64,000 nucleotides of DNA from Rhodospirillaceae bacterium (GCA_018671895.1 JABHGV010000058.1:12759-76758), one strand, 5' to 3'; positions 19,223-28,757 are shown, counted from the stretch's first letter. Program-made: numbers and translations. The notes: a model not told the origin generated them from the sequence alone.

Positions 19223-20101
19223 ATGACTTACTTCACCAGCAATATGAATTCAAAGACCGGGTATATGATAAGGGGAGTCCTTATCGTGTTAATTTGTATG
19301 GGACTGTCTGGAATATCATGGGGTGCTCTGGCGGGCGAAACTATTGATATTGAAACCAGATGGAAGGGCAAAAAATGGAAGCTTGAAGCCGATTTATATC
19401 TTCCTGAAGATAAAAAGGGTCCCTTTCCGACGGTTATAATGATCCACGGTTCGGCTGGTCCTGACAGCCGTTATGGCTTCCATCGCCCGGCCCTGTTGAA
19501 GGAAGGAATTGCGGTTCTGCAAGTAGACTTCAAATCCGGCATTTTCAAGGGACCCAGTGATCGACCTAACGTCAGTAATTTTATTCCCTTTGTATTCGCC
19601 ACACTGGACGAACTCAGAAAGCATCGTTCCGTTGATCCTGAAAAAGTGGGAATTATGGGCTTCTCATTTGGTGGATTTTTAAGTTTGCAATCCTCTTGGA
19701 AGGACACCCAGGAAATGGAGATGGACGCTGATACAGGGTTCGTCGCCCATGTCGCCTTTTACCCGGGGTGTTTCTATCTGAAGCAAGCGTGGTTTAGTGC
19801 CTTTAACAAGGAACTCGCGGCACCGCTTTTGATATTTGCCGGTGATAAGGATTCATATGGAGATGGCGAACACTGCGCCCCGTTCGTTCAGGAGATGCTC
19901 GAAACCAATCCGCCCGACCGGGTACGTGTGAAAATTTATCCCGGCACATACCATGGCTTTGATGGAAAACGGTCGTGGACGGGGAAAGACCCCGGCGCAG
20001 TATTCAACAACAAGAAGGCTGTACTTAAGCCTAACCCCGAGGCCGCAAAGGACGCGCAGGCCCTGACCATCAAATTTTTCAAACAGGCCTTTGGAATTTA
20101 A
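19223..20101 (+). CDS. dienelactone hydrolase family alpha/beta hydrolase, secreted
   Basis: N-terminal hydrophobic signal-like segment, nucleophile elbow GFSFGG, and a C-terminal YPGTYHGF. It lies in a low-GC patch. Confidence 0.75.
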   Translation: MTYFTSNMNSKTGYMIRGVLIVLICMGLSGISWGALAGETIDIETRWKGKKWKLEADLYLPEDKKGPFPTVIMIHGSAGPDSRYGFHRPALLKEGIAVLQVDFKSGIFKGPSDRPNVSNFIPFVFATLDELRKHRSVDPEKVGIMGFSFGGFLSLQSSWKDTQEMEMDADTGFVAHVAFYPGCFYLKQAWFSAFNKELAAPLLIFAGDKDSYGDGEHCAPFVQEMLETNPPDRVRVKIYPGTYHGFDGKRSWTGKDPGAVFNNKKAVLKPNPEAAKDAQALTIKFFKQAFGI

Positions 20102-20123
20102 TGGCTGGAGCATAACTCTGCCT

Positions 20124-20149
20124 GGTCCGCTTTTGACATCAAAGCAGAC
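20124..20149 (+). repeat. right copy of an imperfect direct repeat flanking the hydrolase gene
   Basis: GGTCCGCTTTTGAC-AT-CAAA-G-CAGAC, beginning 23 nt after the hydrolase stop. Confidence 0.5.
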
Positions 20150-20249
20150 GTAGGGCGAGTTATAGGAAACCCCACTCCACCCCATCAATAGCTTTCAAAC
20201 AATCCGTGAAATATCCCGGTTGACAGTGTCTATCTTAAATTTTGGGAAC

Positions 20250-20519
20250 CTACATGCACTTCGCTTTATAAAACGCGGTGCCCGCTTTTCCACCGATGGC
20301 CTTGAAATCGCCTTTGATTTTACCTGACTTCGCCAGAGACGTGGTGGCTTTGGTAGATGCTGCGGTGATAGCCCCTTTTCCACCCTTGCAAATCTTGGAA
20401 ACATTGCCTTTGGCCATTTCGGCAACAACCTTGTCGGTATTAGCGTCTGCGTTGGCGTTTCCAACTGTCAGCAACAGAACAGCACCCGTTGCCAATGACT
20501 TGGTAAGAATATTTTTCAT
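20250..20519 (-). CDS. small secreted Lys/Ala-rich hypothetical protein
   Basis: Good SD (GGGGGA) upstream. Signal peptide MKNILTKSLATGAVLLLTVGNANA. No family recognised. Confidence 0.55.
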   Translation of the reverse strand: MKNILTKSLATGAVLLLTVGNANADANTDKVVAEMAKGNVSKICKGGKGAITAASTKATTSLAKSGKIKGDFKAIGGKAGTAFYKAKCM

Positions 20520-20779
20520 TATTTTTCCCCCTTTTCTGAAACCTGGATGAAACCAAAAAAAACTATAGAAAAAAAATCATTGTTGGGAAAGGTCAACGAC
20601 CTGGACTTCCTTTATGCGCGGCCTAAAGAAAAGGTGCGAGATGCTGACTGGCTTGGGTTTTTAAAGGCCAAGCTGACCGATTATCATTCAGATAGCGAAG
20701 TGCTTGAGCAGAAATTCGTTCGAACGATCACATAATCGCCTATATGGAACCGTCGCGAGCCTCTGGCAATTGGCATTTA

Positions 20780-20959
20780 TCAAACCACTTGAATTTCAGC
20801 GGTTTCACCAAAGCATTCTTTGATCAGATTTTTCGCGTGGCGGATCATATTCCGACCCTCCATTTTTTTGATGAGGAAGATGTGCTTCCCGCTCGTCAGG
20901 CCGCAAGTCACGAAATTATGCAGGCCATATTTGATTAAAAAGTGTTGTTCTATATTCAT
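20780..20959 (-). CDS. hypothetical small protein (59 aa)
   Basis: ATG preceded by AAGGA. No recognisable motif. It competes with an overlapping plus-strand ORF. Confidence 0.25.
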   Translation of the reverse strand: MNIEQHFLIKYGLHNFVTCGLTSGKHIFLIKKMEGRNMIRHAKNLIKECFGETAEIQVV

Positions 20960-21169
20960 AGTTATTCCTTTGTATTTGATACGCCAATAGAAAGCGTGCT
21001 CAGGCAAGGCCGAGCGCATTCTTGGCAGTTGTTTTTTAAATTTCCGAGAAACCAGGCCCACAGGACCAAAGGTTTAGTCTTCAGACGATAGCGCCGACGC
21101 GCCATCACTCGGTCATGTTTATCGGTGTTTGGTTCGTTCGAGGCCTTTACGACCATTAATTATTCAGCA

Positions 21170-21358
21170 TTAACCTTTATCGGCGGCTTTTTTATCGGCG
21201 GCCACTTTGGCGAGGCGGAGAGCCTTTAGCTTCGATATGTGCTCAGCCTCCTCCTTATGCGCTTGATTTTGTTCTTCACGGGCCTGGTCGTCCTTCTTCT
21301 GGGTTGCAGCGAACTGCTCCGCAGCATTCAATTTTACTGAATTGAACATGTTGGACAT
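21170..21358 (-). CDS. small charged coiled-coil hypothetical protein (62 aa)
   Basis: MSNMFNSVKLNAAEQF...KLKALRLAKVAADKKAADKG. A purine-rich stretch lies upstream of the ATG. The longer ORF start at 21439 is unlikely. Confidence 0.4.
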   Translation of the reverse strand: MSNMFNSVKLNAAEQFAATQKKDDQAREEQNQAHKEEAEHISKLKALRLAKVAADKKAADKG

Positions 21359-21448
21359 CCTTTTTTCTCTTCGATCCATCACCGGCAAAGTTATCAGCCC
21401 GAATCCGGCCCAAAAGGGAGTACGAAACAAGAGTGGCAAGTAAACAAG

Positions 21449-21470
21449 GGCCAGCCAGCGATGGCTGGCC
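21449..21470 (-). terminator. hairpin downstream of cspA
   Basis: GGCCAGCC / GGCTGGCC form a perfect 8-bp stem, followed on the minus strand by CTTGTTT. Confidence 0.45.
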
Positions 21471-21495
21471 TATGTTACATATTGCCGTTAGCGCG

Positions 21496-21705
21496 TTAGT
21501 CGACGAGCTTCAAATCTTCGGCTGAAGATTTTCCGTTCTGTCCAGCCTGAAGTTCATAAGAGACCTTCTGACCTTCGTTCAACGAGCCAATCCCAGCGCG
21601 TTCAACAGCGGAGATATGGACAAAAGCATCACTTGATCCATCTTCAGGTTCGATAAAGCCAAAACCTTTGGTCGGGTTGAACCATTTAACAGTACCAGTA
21701 GCCAT
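21496..21705 (-). CDS. cspA: cold-shock protein (CspA family)
   Basis: [34 protein letters not shown] carries the RNP1/RNP2 motifs. It has a long AT-rich 5' region. Confidence 0.9.
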   Translation of the reverse strand: MATGTVKWFNPTKGFGFIEPEDGSSDAFVHISAVERAGIGSLNEGQKVSYELQAGQNGKSSAEDLKLVD

Positions 21706-22132
21706 AGTTATTATTCCTTCTAACAGGCGTGTTGATTTTGCACCCCACACTATGCGGTGGTGCGGTTGGTTTAACGATCACAATGTCAGAGGATAACTAA
21801 GCTAAGCAGCGTACCGATTATCTAGGCAAGCCAAAACATATGTAAAACGTATGGCTGACATATAGGGAAAATGGATTAAAAGTCAAGAAGTTCGTAAATA
21901 CAAAGAAAAACATATTTAATAACAAGCGCCAGAATAAGGTGCTTCTTCAGTCCTATAAAGCGTCATGTAAATATTAATTAATATTTATGGATAGAAGTTC
22001 CGGCTAAAATATTCTGATAATTCTTATATTTAAGCGATCTTTGTTTTTTTGTTATAAACATTCTATATCCACACGCTCAAAATGAGCGTACGGCCGAATA
22101 ATGTCTGCTTGGCTACCGAAAACGGATGCGGT

Positions 22133-23122
22133 CTAAAGCCCCAGCCGCTTCCTGATTTCAGCCGCGATATCATCAGCCGCGTTTAGCGGCGCATGGGACC
22201 ATGTCTCGAACGATGGCGGGGTGGTGGCGTCGAACAATCTGGCGGCGCCGCTTGCAAAAATCCCTTTGTGCAACTGGCCGTGCTTGTGGCTGGTCAATTT
22301 ACGCGGCGCATAAATCCATACCGGGCCCGGTGTCGCCGCGGCCTCGCAGCACATGGAAACGGAATCACCCGTGACGATAACGCCGTCGGCCATCCCTAAA
22401 AACCCGAGATAAGGATTTTCCCCCTCGTCGCCCCATTTGAAAATTTCAGCCGGAACGTCGATTTCCGCGATCAGCGCATCGGCGGTATCGTTAGACCGAC
22501 GTGATGTCGTGATCATCAACGAGCCCCCGGCCTGCTTCGCCATGTCATTGGCGGCACGCCCCAGCTCGACGGCCATGGCTTCGGTAAACTTGCGCCGCTT
22601 GGTCGACCCGCCGACGATCAATGCGATGCGGGGGCCTGGCAAATGCGACAGCCTGTCGCTCCAATCCTCTTTCGCCGTTTGCAGTCGGGCCGCCGTCACC
22701 CGGTGCGGTGCGCCATCGATTTGCAGAATATTGTCGGCTGCGGGAACGGAGTCGTGTTTGGGCACGCAAACCAGATCGAACTCGTCCATTCCGGTGTCAC
22801 CCGGATACATGATCTGCACCAGAAACGTCTTGCCGTTGTTCTTGTCCTTGATGTGACGCGCCACCGGCGATGCCCGCCTGCCCGCTGCAATAATCACATC
22901 GGGCCAGGGTTCCACTAGATTAAGCCGCGAGCTGGCCGTCAAACCGCCGAAGGTTTTGCCCATGACGAAATTCGGCAATGCGGCTGCTGCCGTATAATCC
23001 AGATCGCGGATTTCCCGGCGCAGCCCCGTGCTTGTACAGAAGACATCGGCGACACCAAGGCACTGGCTTTCGTTGCCGGCACGGTCATCTATCAACAGCC
23101 AGATCGAAATCGTTCGGCTCAT
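22133..23122 (-). CDS. ELM1 (mitochondrial fission ELM1 / DUF1022) family protein
   Basis: N-terminus IWLLIDDRAGNESQCLGVA and the overall length match my memory of bacterial ELM1-family proteins. This needs an HMM check. Confidence 0.6.
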   Translation of the reverse strand: MSRTISIWLLIDDRAGNESQCLGVADVFCTSTGLRREIRDLDYTAAAALPNFVMGKTFGGLTASSRLNLVEPWPDVIIAAGRRASPVARHIKDKNNGKTFLVQIMYPGDTGMDEFDLVCVPKHDSVPAADNILQIDGAPHRVTAARLQTAKEDWSDRLSHLPGPRIALIVGGSTKRRKFTEAMAVELGRAANDMAKQAGGSLMITTSRRSNDTADALIAEIDVPAEIFKWGDEGENPYLGFLGMADGVIVTGDSVSMCCEAAATPGPVWIYAPRKLTSHKHGQLHKGIFASGAARLFDATTPPSFETWSHAPLNAADDIAAEIRKRLGL

Positions 23123-23490
23123 GTAAGGCGGTCGCCCTTGTCCGACACAGGGCGCAGCATCATCATTTTTTCGAGAGTATCGAAAGTCTTGGAACTCATA
23201 TCGACGAAATTGGCGACCATTTCCTTGGTCGTCGCATCCACACGCAGAATGATGGCCTGGGCATTGATTCGAATCCGTGAATCATTGGCCATCAGAAGTT
23301 CCTCGACAATAATCTCGTCGCCTTCTTTCGATGCACCCTTGTAACCGACGCACAAGAATCCCTTGAGGCTGATATTGGAGACCTGACACAGGGTGCCATC
23401 GATCACCACGAATGTGTTTTCAACGGCGCGGCGCTGATCCTTGCGCTGCTGCTCGTTGGCATAGCCGACGATGTTGCCGCTACCACTCAA
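23119..23490 (-). CDS. PilZ domain protein
   Basis: RKDQR (RxxxR) is followed about 18 residues later by NISLKG (D/NxSxxG). There are 4-nt overlaps with both neighbours. Confidence 0.7.
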   Translation of the reverse strand: MSGSGNIVGYANEQQRKDQRRAVENTFVVIDGTLCQVSNISLKGFLCVGYKGASKEGDEIIVEELLMANDSRIRINAQAIILRVDATTKEMVANFVDMSSKTFDTLEKMMMLRPVSDKGDRLT

Positions 23491-25160
23491 TGAGACTCTC
23501 CAACTTCACTTAGCGTCGTCCGCGTCGAAATGACATTCGGGTCCATGCGCAAGTCTAGCACCGCAGGCAGGCCAGAACGAAGCGCCCTCTCAAACGCCGG
23601 GCGGAAATCCTCTGTCTTCTCGATGGTTTCACCAAATGCGCCGCTGGCGCGCGCCACGGCGGCATAGTCCGGGTTCAGCAAGTCCGTTGCGATAACCCGG
23701 CCGGGGTGGCGGCGTTCCTGATGCAGGCGAATGGTTCCATACATACCGTTGTTGAAAATCAGAATGATCGGCGTCGCCCCTTCGGCGACGGCAGTTGTCA
23801 GTTCCTGTCCGGTCATGCCGAAACAACCGTCACCGACGCACCCGACAACGATATGATCGGGGTTATGCAGCTTTGCTGCGATCGCGGCGGGAACCCCATA
23901 CCCCATGGCGCCACTGGTCGGGCCCAACAGGCGGCGTCCACCGCCATAGGTCAAAAACCGTTGCGGCCAGCCGCTGCAATTTCCGGCATCGACCGTGACG
24001 ATGGCATTGTTGCCAAGCAGATCATCCAGTTCTGCCATCACGTGGCCCAGATCAAGCGCTCCTTCGTATGGCGAAGGCACCCGGCCCTGAATGTAATCTT
24101 GGCGCGCCGATGTCAGCCATTCCTTGCGATGTGCGCTGACAGTCGGGACCAGTTTTGATGCGTCCTCCGCGAACACTTCCATCGCCGATGCTATCCCCAG
24201 ATCCGGAGTGTAGACCCGCCCCAGTTCACCCGCGTCGGTGTGAATATGGATGAACTCCTGCGTCGGTTTCGGCTCGTCCAGCAGGGTGTATCCTTGCGTC
24301 GTCATTTCACCAAGACGCGCGCCAACGACGATGATCAGGTCGGCTGCGGCCATGCGCTTGATGAGCAATGGATTGGGGGCAATGCCCATTTCACCGGCGA
24401 AATTGTCGTGGGTATTATCGAAAATATCCTGCCTGCGGAATGAACAACAAACCGGAATGGCATTGGCCTCGGCGTAAGTAACGATGTCGGCGCGTGCCTT
24501 GTCGGTCCAGCCACCGCCACCGACCAGCATCAACGGGCGTTCGCAATCCCCGACCATGTGGTGAAAGCGTTCCATGTCGCCTGCCGACGGGCTTTCAAAA
24601 TCAGCAGCCAGCGGTGTGAACTCTGCTTCAGGTGCCGTCTCGCGCAACATGTCTTCGGGCAATGACAGAACCACTGGCCCGGGCCGCCCCGACACCGCGT
24701 CGTGCATGGCGCGCCCAATGGCGTCGCTGGCCCCGGCTGCCGTCTCGATTTGCTCGACCCGTTTCACCAGGGGGCCGAACATTTGTCCAAAATCGACCTC
24801 TTGAAAGGCTTCGCGGCCAAGGTGCGGGCGGGCGACCTGTCCGATCAACAAGACCATCGGCGTTGAATCCTGAAATGCCGTGTGCACACCGATGGACGCG
24901 TTGCACGCGCCGGGGCCGCGCGTAACCATGCAGATGCCGGGCTTGCCGGTCAGCTTGCCATAAGCCTCGGCCATATTGGCGGCGCCATGTTCATGGCGGC
25001 AGCTGACGACGCGAATGTCGTTTGTGTGATCGTAAAGACCGTCCAGGACCTCAAGATAGCTTTCGCCGGGGACGCAAAAGACAGTGTCGACCCCGTGCGC
25101 GGCAAGCGCATCGGCAATCAATTGTCCGCCGTTTTTCATGTTCTCTGCTTCGTCATTCAT
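23487..25160 (-). CDS. thiamine diphosphate-dependent enzyme (acetolactate synthase large subunit-like)
   Basis: N-terminal Pyr domain GGQLIADALAAHGVDTVFCVPGESYL and a ThDP motif GDGCFGM...NNGMYG. The start could be 25160, 25139 or 25202. Confidence 0.85.
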   Translation of the reverse strand: MNDEAENMKNGGQLIADALAAHGVDTVFCVPGESYLEVLDGLYDHTNDIRVVSCRHEHGAANMAEAYGKLTGKPGICMVTRGPGACNASIGVHTAFQDSTPMVLLIGQVARPHLGREAFQEVDFGQMFGPLVKRVEQIETAAGASDAIGRAMHDAVSGRPGPVVLSLPEDMLRETAPEAEFTPLAADFESPSAGDMERFHHMVGDCERPLMLVGGGGWTDKARADIVTYAEANAIPVCCSFRRQDIFDNTHDNFAGEMGIAPNPLLIKRMAAADLIIVVGARLGEMTTQGYTLLDEPKPTQEFIHIHTDAGELGRVYTPDLGIASAMEVFAEDASKLVPTVSAHRKEWLTSARQDYIQGRVPSPYEGALDLGHVMAELDDLLGNNAIVTVDAGNCSGWPQRFLTYGGGRRLLGPTSGAMGYGVPAAIAAKLHNPDHIVVGCVGDGCFGMTGQELTTAVAEGATPIILIFNNGMYGTIRLHQERRHPGRVIATDLLNPDYAAVARASGAFGETIEKTEDFRPAFERALRSGLPAVLDLRMDPNVISTRTTLSEVGESH

Positions 25161-25236
25161 ATCAGCGCGACGGTCGCACAATTTAGGCTGATAAGGAAGC
25201 ACCTACCGGTTGACCGCCTTGGTCAATGCGGCGATC

Positions 25237-25584
25237 ATGGGCGGTGCAATGAAAGGTCCCCCATACGTGAGCACTGCAAACGCAAAATTCGCCGTCGGGC
25301 AACTGATCCACCACAGGCTGTTTGAATATCGTGGCGTGGTCATCGATGTTGATCCGCACTTCCACGGTTCCGAAAACTGGTACGACAAGATCGCCGCCAG
25401 CAAACCGCCAAAGGATCGCCCGTGGTATCATGTTCTGGTCGATGGCGATCCGCTGCGTACCTACGTCGCCGAACGGAATCTGGAACCGGACTTTGAAGGC
25501 GGGCCGATCCGCAACGACGACATTACCGATTTCTTTGAAGGCCAGGGCGAAGACGGCTATATCCCCCGCCGAAAAGGCCATTGA
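25237..25584 (+). CDS. hspQ: heat shock protein HspQ (hemimethylated-DNA-binding YccV family)
   Basis: AKFAVGQLIHHRLFEYRGVVIDVDP...PWYHVLV matches the HspQ core. The start is uncertain (25210, 25237 or 25249). Confidence 0.75.
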   Translation: MGGAMKGPPYVSTANAKFAVGQLIHHRLFEYRGVVIDVDPHFHGSENWYDKIAASKPPKDRPWYHVLVDGDPLRTYVAERNLEPDFEGGPIRNDDITDFFEGQGEDGYIPRRKGH

Positions 25585-25641
25585 GGAATCGTCCTAAAGC
25601 CTCTAAACACAAAACTCCACAATCGTTTTCCGGAAAGCTTA

Positions 25642-26322
25642 ATGAACACTCCTCGGACAAATAACGCCATCGGCCTCGAGACGGCTAAAATGCTGCTCGA
25701 TATCAAGGCCGTGAACTTCCGCCCCGAAGAGCCCTATATCCTGACATCCGGTTGGGCCAGTCCGGTCTATATCGACTGTCGCAAGGTGATTTCCTTTACC
25801 GAAGAACGCCGCCGCATCATGCAGCTGGCCGTCGAAATGCTCGATGACAAAATCGGTTTCGACAAGATCGATTATGTGGCCGGTGGCGAGACGGCGGGAA
25901 TTCCCTACGCCGCATGGATTGCCGAGGCCGCCTCGACGCCGATGCTCTATGTTCGCAAGAAACCGAAAGGCTTCGGGCGCAACGCCCAGATCGAAGGCGA
26001 CATGGCCGAAGGTGCGCGCGTCTTGTTGGTCGAAGATCTGGCTACCGACGGTGCCTCGAAAGTGACTTTCGTAAATGCGCTCAGAAATGCCGGGGCCGAG
26101 GTCAGTGATGCTTTCGTTGTGTTCTTTTACGGTGTTTTTTCCGGCGCCCTGGAAAATTTGCAAAAAGACGGCATCAACCTGCATTATTTAGCGACCTGGC
26201 ACGATGTTCTCGCCGCGGCCGAGGCCGGGAACTATTTTCCCTCTCAAGCCATTGAAGGCGTTAGAGAATTTCTAGCCGACCCGATCGCATGGTCGGTTAA
26301 CAACGGCGGCAAAGCTTCCTGA
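25642..26322 (+). CDS. pyrE: orotate phosphoribosyltransferase
   Basis: PRPP-binding motif VLLVEDLATDGAS, with SGWASPVYIDCR near the N-terminus. Confidence 0.9.
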   Translation: MNTPRTNNAIGLETAKMLLDIKAVNFRPEEPYILTSGWASPVYIDCRKVISFTEERRRIMQLAVEMLDDKIGFDKIDYVAGGETAGIPYAAWIAEAASTPMLYVRKKPKGFGRNAQIEGDMAEGARVLLVEDLATDGASKVTFVNALRNAGAEVSDAFVVFFYGVFSGALENLQKDGINLHYLATWHDVLAAAEAGNYFPSQAIEGVREFLADPIAWSVNNGGKAS

Positions 26323-27850
26323 AGAAAGACCGTAAACCTGTCGGTTTTTCTGACATTTCCGGGTCACTGGATTCTGCAATAAATGGCAGTTTTGCGGTAA
26401 TCCTGAAGCCTCCGTGCTCGGGAAAATCCATGAAAATCTCGCCGCCATGGGCTCGAATGGCCGTCCGTGCAACCGCCAGCCCCAACCCCACCCCTCCGGT
26501 CTCCCGACTGCGAGAATTTTCTATCCGGTAGAACGGCGCAAACACCTGTTCTTGCTCACTTTTTTGGATACCCGGGCCATCGTCCGTGACCATAATCCGC
26601 ACCACTGAATCATCTTGAACAAACGACACTTCGGCACGCCCCCCATATTGGCAGGCATTGTCGATCAGATTCTGAAAGGCCCTTTTCAGCGCTGTTGATC
26701 GCCCTCGGAAAATGAGCTTCTCCGGCCCAGAACAGATAGCATCCTTGCCGCCGTCAACGGCATCATCAACAAGGCTTTGCAACATCGCAGCAAGATCAAA
26801 ACGGGCCGTTGGTTCGTCAGCAGCCTCATCGCGCGCAAATGACAGGGTGGCCGCGATCATTTCTTCCATCTGGACAAGGTCGGCCATCATCTTGTGTTTC
26901 TGTTCTTCGTCTGCAATCAGTTCGGCCCGCAGTCGCATACGGGTAATCGGCGTTCGAAGATCATGCGAGATCGCAGCCAACATCTGCGTGCGGTCATGAA
27001 TGAAGCTGCGCAGCTTTCGCTGCATATCATTAAAGGCTATGGAGGCGCGGCGAACCTCGCGCGGTCCGTCTTCGGCAAGGGGTGGCGCATTGACGTCCCG
27101 TCCCAGCCTTTCGGCGGCCTTGGCGAACAACCCCAGCGGCCCGGCAGAACGATGAACGGCCCAGATCGAAAATATAATGACGGCAAACATCATCAAGGTG
27201 ATGCTTAACATTCCTTGCGACCACCAGAACGGCCTGAACCTTTCCGCTGGGGCCGCGACATTGAGCCAACTGTCATCTGACAGGCGCAAGGATGCTACCA
27301 ACACACGCCCTCCGTGCCATAGCCTGGACATACGACCGAACCGACTAATTTCATTTTCGCGTCCCATATGGTGGCGCATGGCGAACATGGGATCGTCATC
27401 ACTTTCCCAATGTTCATCACCGTCATGCCCCCGCCGGGAACGCCAATGTTCGGGGATGGTTTCGGGCATTGTCTGCTGGACCTGTCGAAAGGAGACGCGG
27501 ACACCATCTTCATCGACGTTATCGAGATAATGAACCAGCGACTTCCTGAGTGCCCGCAACCGCCAGCTTTTATCGTTTACTGGCGGCAGAATGCTGCGCT
27601 GTGTCCAGGTGAAGCTGAACCCCGGCCCCCACAACGTGCGAGCAACTTCTATTCGCCGATCCGGTGGCGTGTGCTCCAGGGTCTCGTAGGCAGCGACAAT
27701 TCTCTCGGACATCTGTCTGCCGCTGATCGTCGATAATTCCTCATCACGGGTGCCGGAATAAATGGCGAGGCTGATGAGGTGCGAGACAATCAGTCCGGCA
27801 AGCAGCACCAGAACGGTCCGACCAAAGATGGAATTCGGCAGAATTCTCAT
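26297..27850 (-). CDS. sensor histidine kinase (EnvZ-like) with a His/Asp-rich periplasmic loop
   Basis: Two TM segments, a HAMP domain, H-box AAISHDLRTPIT, N-box NLIDNACQY and G-box GGVGLGLAV. The periplasmic stretch reads EHWRSRRGHDGDEHWESDDDPMFAMRHHMG. Confidence 0.85.
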   Translation of the reverse strand: MRILPNSIFGRTVLVLLAGLIVSHLISLAIYSGTRDEELSTISGRQMSERIVAAYETLEHTPPDRRIEVARTLWGPGFSFTWTQRSILPPVNDKSWRLRALRKSLVHYLDNVDEDGVRVSFRQVQQTMPETIPEHWRSRRGHDGDEHWESDDDPMFAMRHHMGRENEISRFGRMSRLWHGGRVLVASLRLSDDSWLNVAAPAERFRPFWWSQGMLSITLMMFAVIIFSIWAVHRSAGPLGLFAKAAERLGRDVNAPPLAEDGPREVRRASIAFNDMQRKLRSFIHDRTQMLAAISHDLRTPITRMRLRAELIADEEQKHKMMADLVQMEEMIAATLSFARDEAADEPTARFDLAAMLQSLVDDAVDGGKDAICSGPEKLIFRGRSTALKRAFQNLIDNACQYGGRAEVSFVQDDSVVRIMVTDDGPGIQKSEQEQVFAPFYRIENSRSRETGGVGLGLAVARTAIRAHGGEIFMDFPEHGGFRITAKLPFIAESSDPEMSEKPTGLRSFFRKLCRRC

Positions 27851-28578
27851 GTCTCGACATCCGGCGTAAACATATAACCGCCGCTTCTGATAGTCTTGAT
27901 ATGAGACGGGTTCTTGGCATCGTCCTCGATCTTGCGGCGCAGGCGGCTGACCTGCACATCGATACTGCGATCAAAGGGCTGAGCTTCACGTCCTCGCGCC
28001 AGATCGAGCAACTGTTCTCGGCTCATAACCCTTCCGGGGTGCGTGACAAAGGCATACAGAAGCTCGAACTCGCCACCGCTGAGACTAACCAGAACACCAT
28101 CGGGTGAGGTCAGTTCGCGCTTGTTCGCATCCAGAGACCAACCAGCAAAGCGATATCCCGTACCGTCACTTCGATCACCGCCGCCGGGCTTGCCCTTGCC
28201 GCCAATTCCTTCAAAGCGGCGCAAGACGGCCTTGATCCGGGCCAACAGTTCGCGCGGATTAAACGGTTTCGCCAGATAATCATCGGCACCCATTTCAAGG
28301 CCAATGATGCGGTCGGTTTCCTCGCCCATGGCCGTCAACATGATGATCGGCATCTTGGATTCAGCCCGCAGGTTACGGCACAAGGTCAATCCGTCTTCGC
28401 CGGGCAGCATCAGATCGAGAACGATCAGATCGATATTCCAGTCAGCCAGTGCCTTTTTCATCTCGCGGCCATCGGCAACCGTCGTGGTGCGCAAACCATG
28501 TTTGTCGAGGAACCGCCCCAGCAAATCTCGGATCTCGCGGTCGTCATCAACGATTAAAATGTGAGGCGTCGTTTCCAT
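27847..28578 (-). CDS. OmpR-family response regulator
   Basis: METTPHILIVDDDREIRDLL, DLIVLDLMLPGEDG, and a winged-helix C-terminus (RLRRKIEDD...IKTIRSGGY). I chose the start at ATG 28578 rather than the ORF-track start at 28800. Confidence 0.9.
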   Translation of the reverse strand: METTPHILIVDDDREIRDLLGRFLDKHGLRTTTVADGREMKKALADWNIDLIVLDLMLPGEDGLTLCRNLRAESKMPIIMLTAMGEETDRIIGLEMGADDYLAKPFNPRELLARIKAVLRRFEGIGGKGKPGGGDRSDGTGYRFAGWSLDANKRELTSPDGVLVSLSGGEFELLYAFVTHPGRVMSREQLLDLARGREAQPFDRSIDVQVSRLRRKIEDDAKNPSHIKTIRSGGYMFTPDVET

Positions 28579-28624
28579 ATCGCCGACTATAGCGCCTTCG
28601 AAACAAACACACCCCCAAATCATG

Positions 28625-28667
28625 GTAACGGCGCGTAACAAACGGGGCCGCTGAAACATTTGGTTAC
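28625..28667. promoter_or_regulatory. GTAAC direct repeat at 10-bp phasing plus an inverted copy, in a divergent intergenic region
   Basis: GTAAC at 28625 and 28635, with GTTAC (its reverse complement) at 28663. The repeats lie between the OmpR-like gene and the Met/His-rich gene. Confidence 0.3.
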
Positions 28668-28757
28668 AAAAACACCCCGAGTCCGAAATACCACGGCAAC
28701 AAGTAGGTGTTTGAATGAACCCATCAAAACATTCAACCGAACCGATGGAGACGAACA

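Noticed and set aside
20547-21156. The small ORFs 20547-20735 (+), 20744-20938 (+) and 20962-21156 (-) in the low-GC patch.
   Set aside because: They have no ribosome-binding site or recognisable motif, and they overlap each other. I cannot support them as genes without expression or conservation data.
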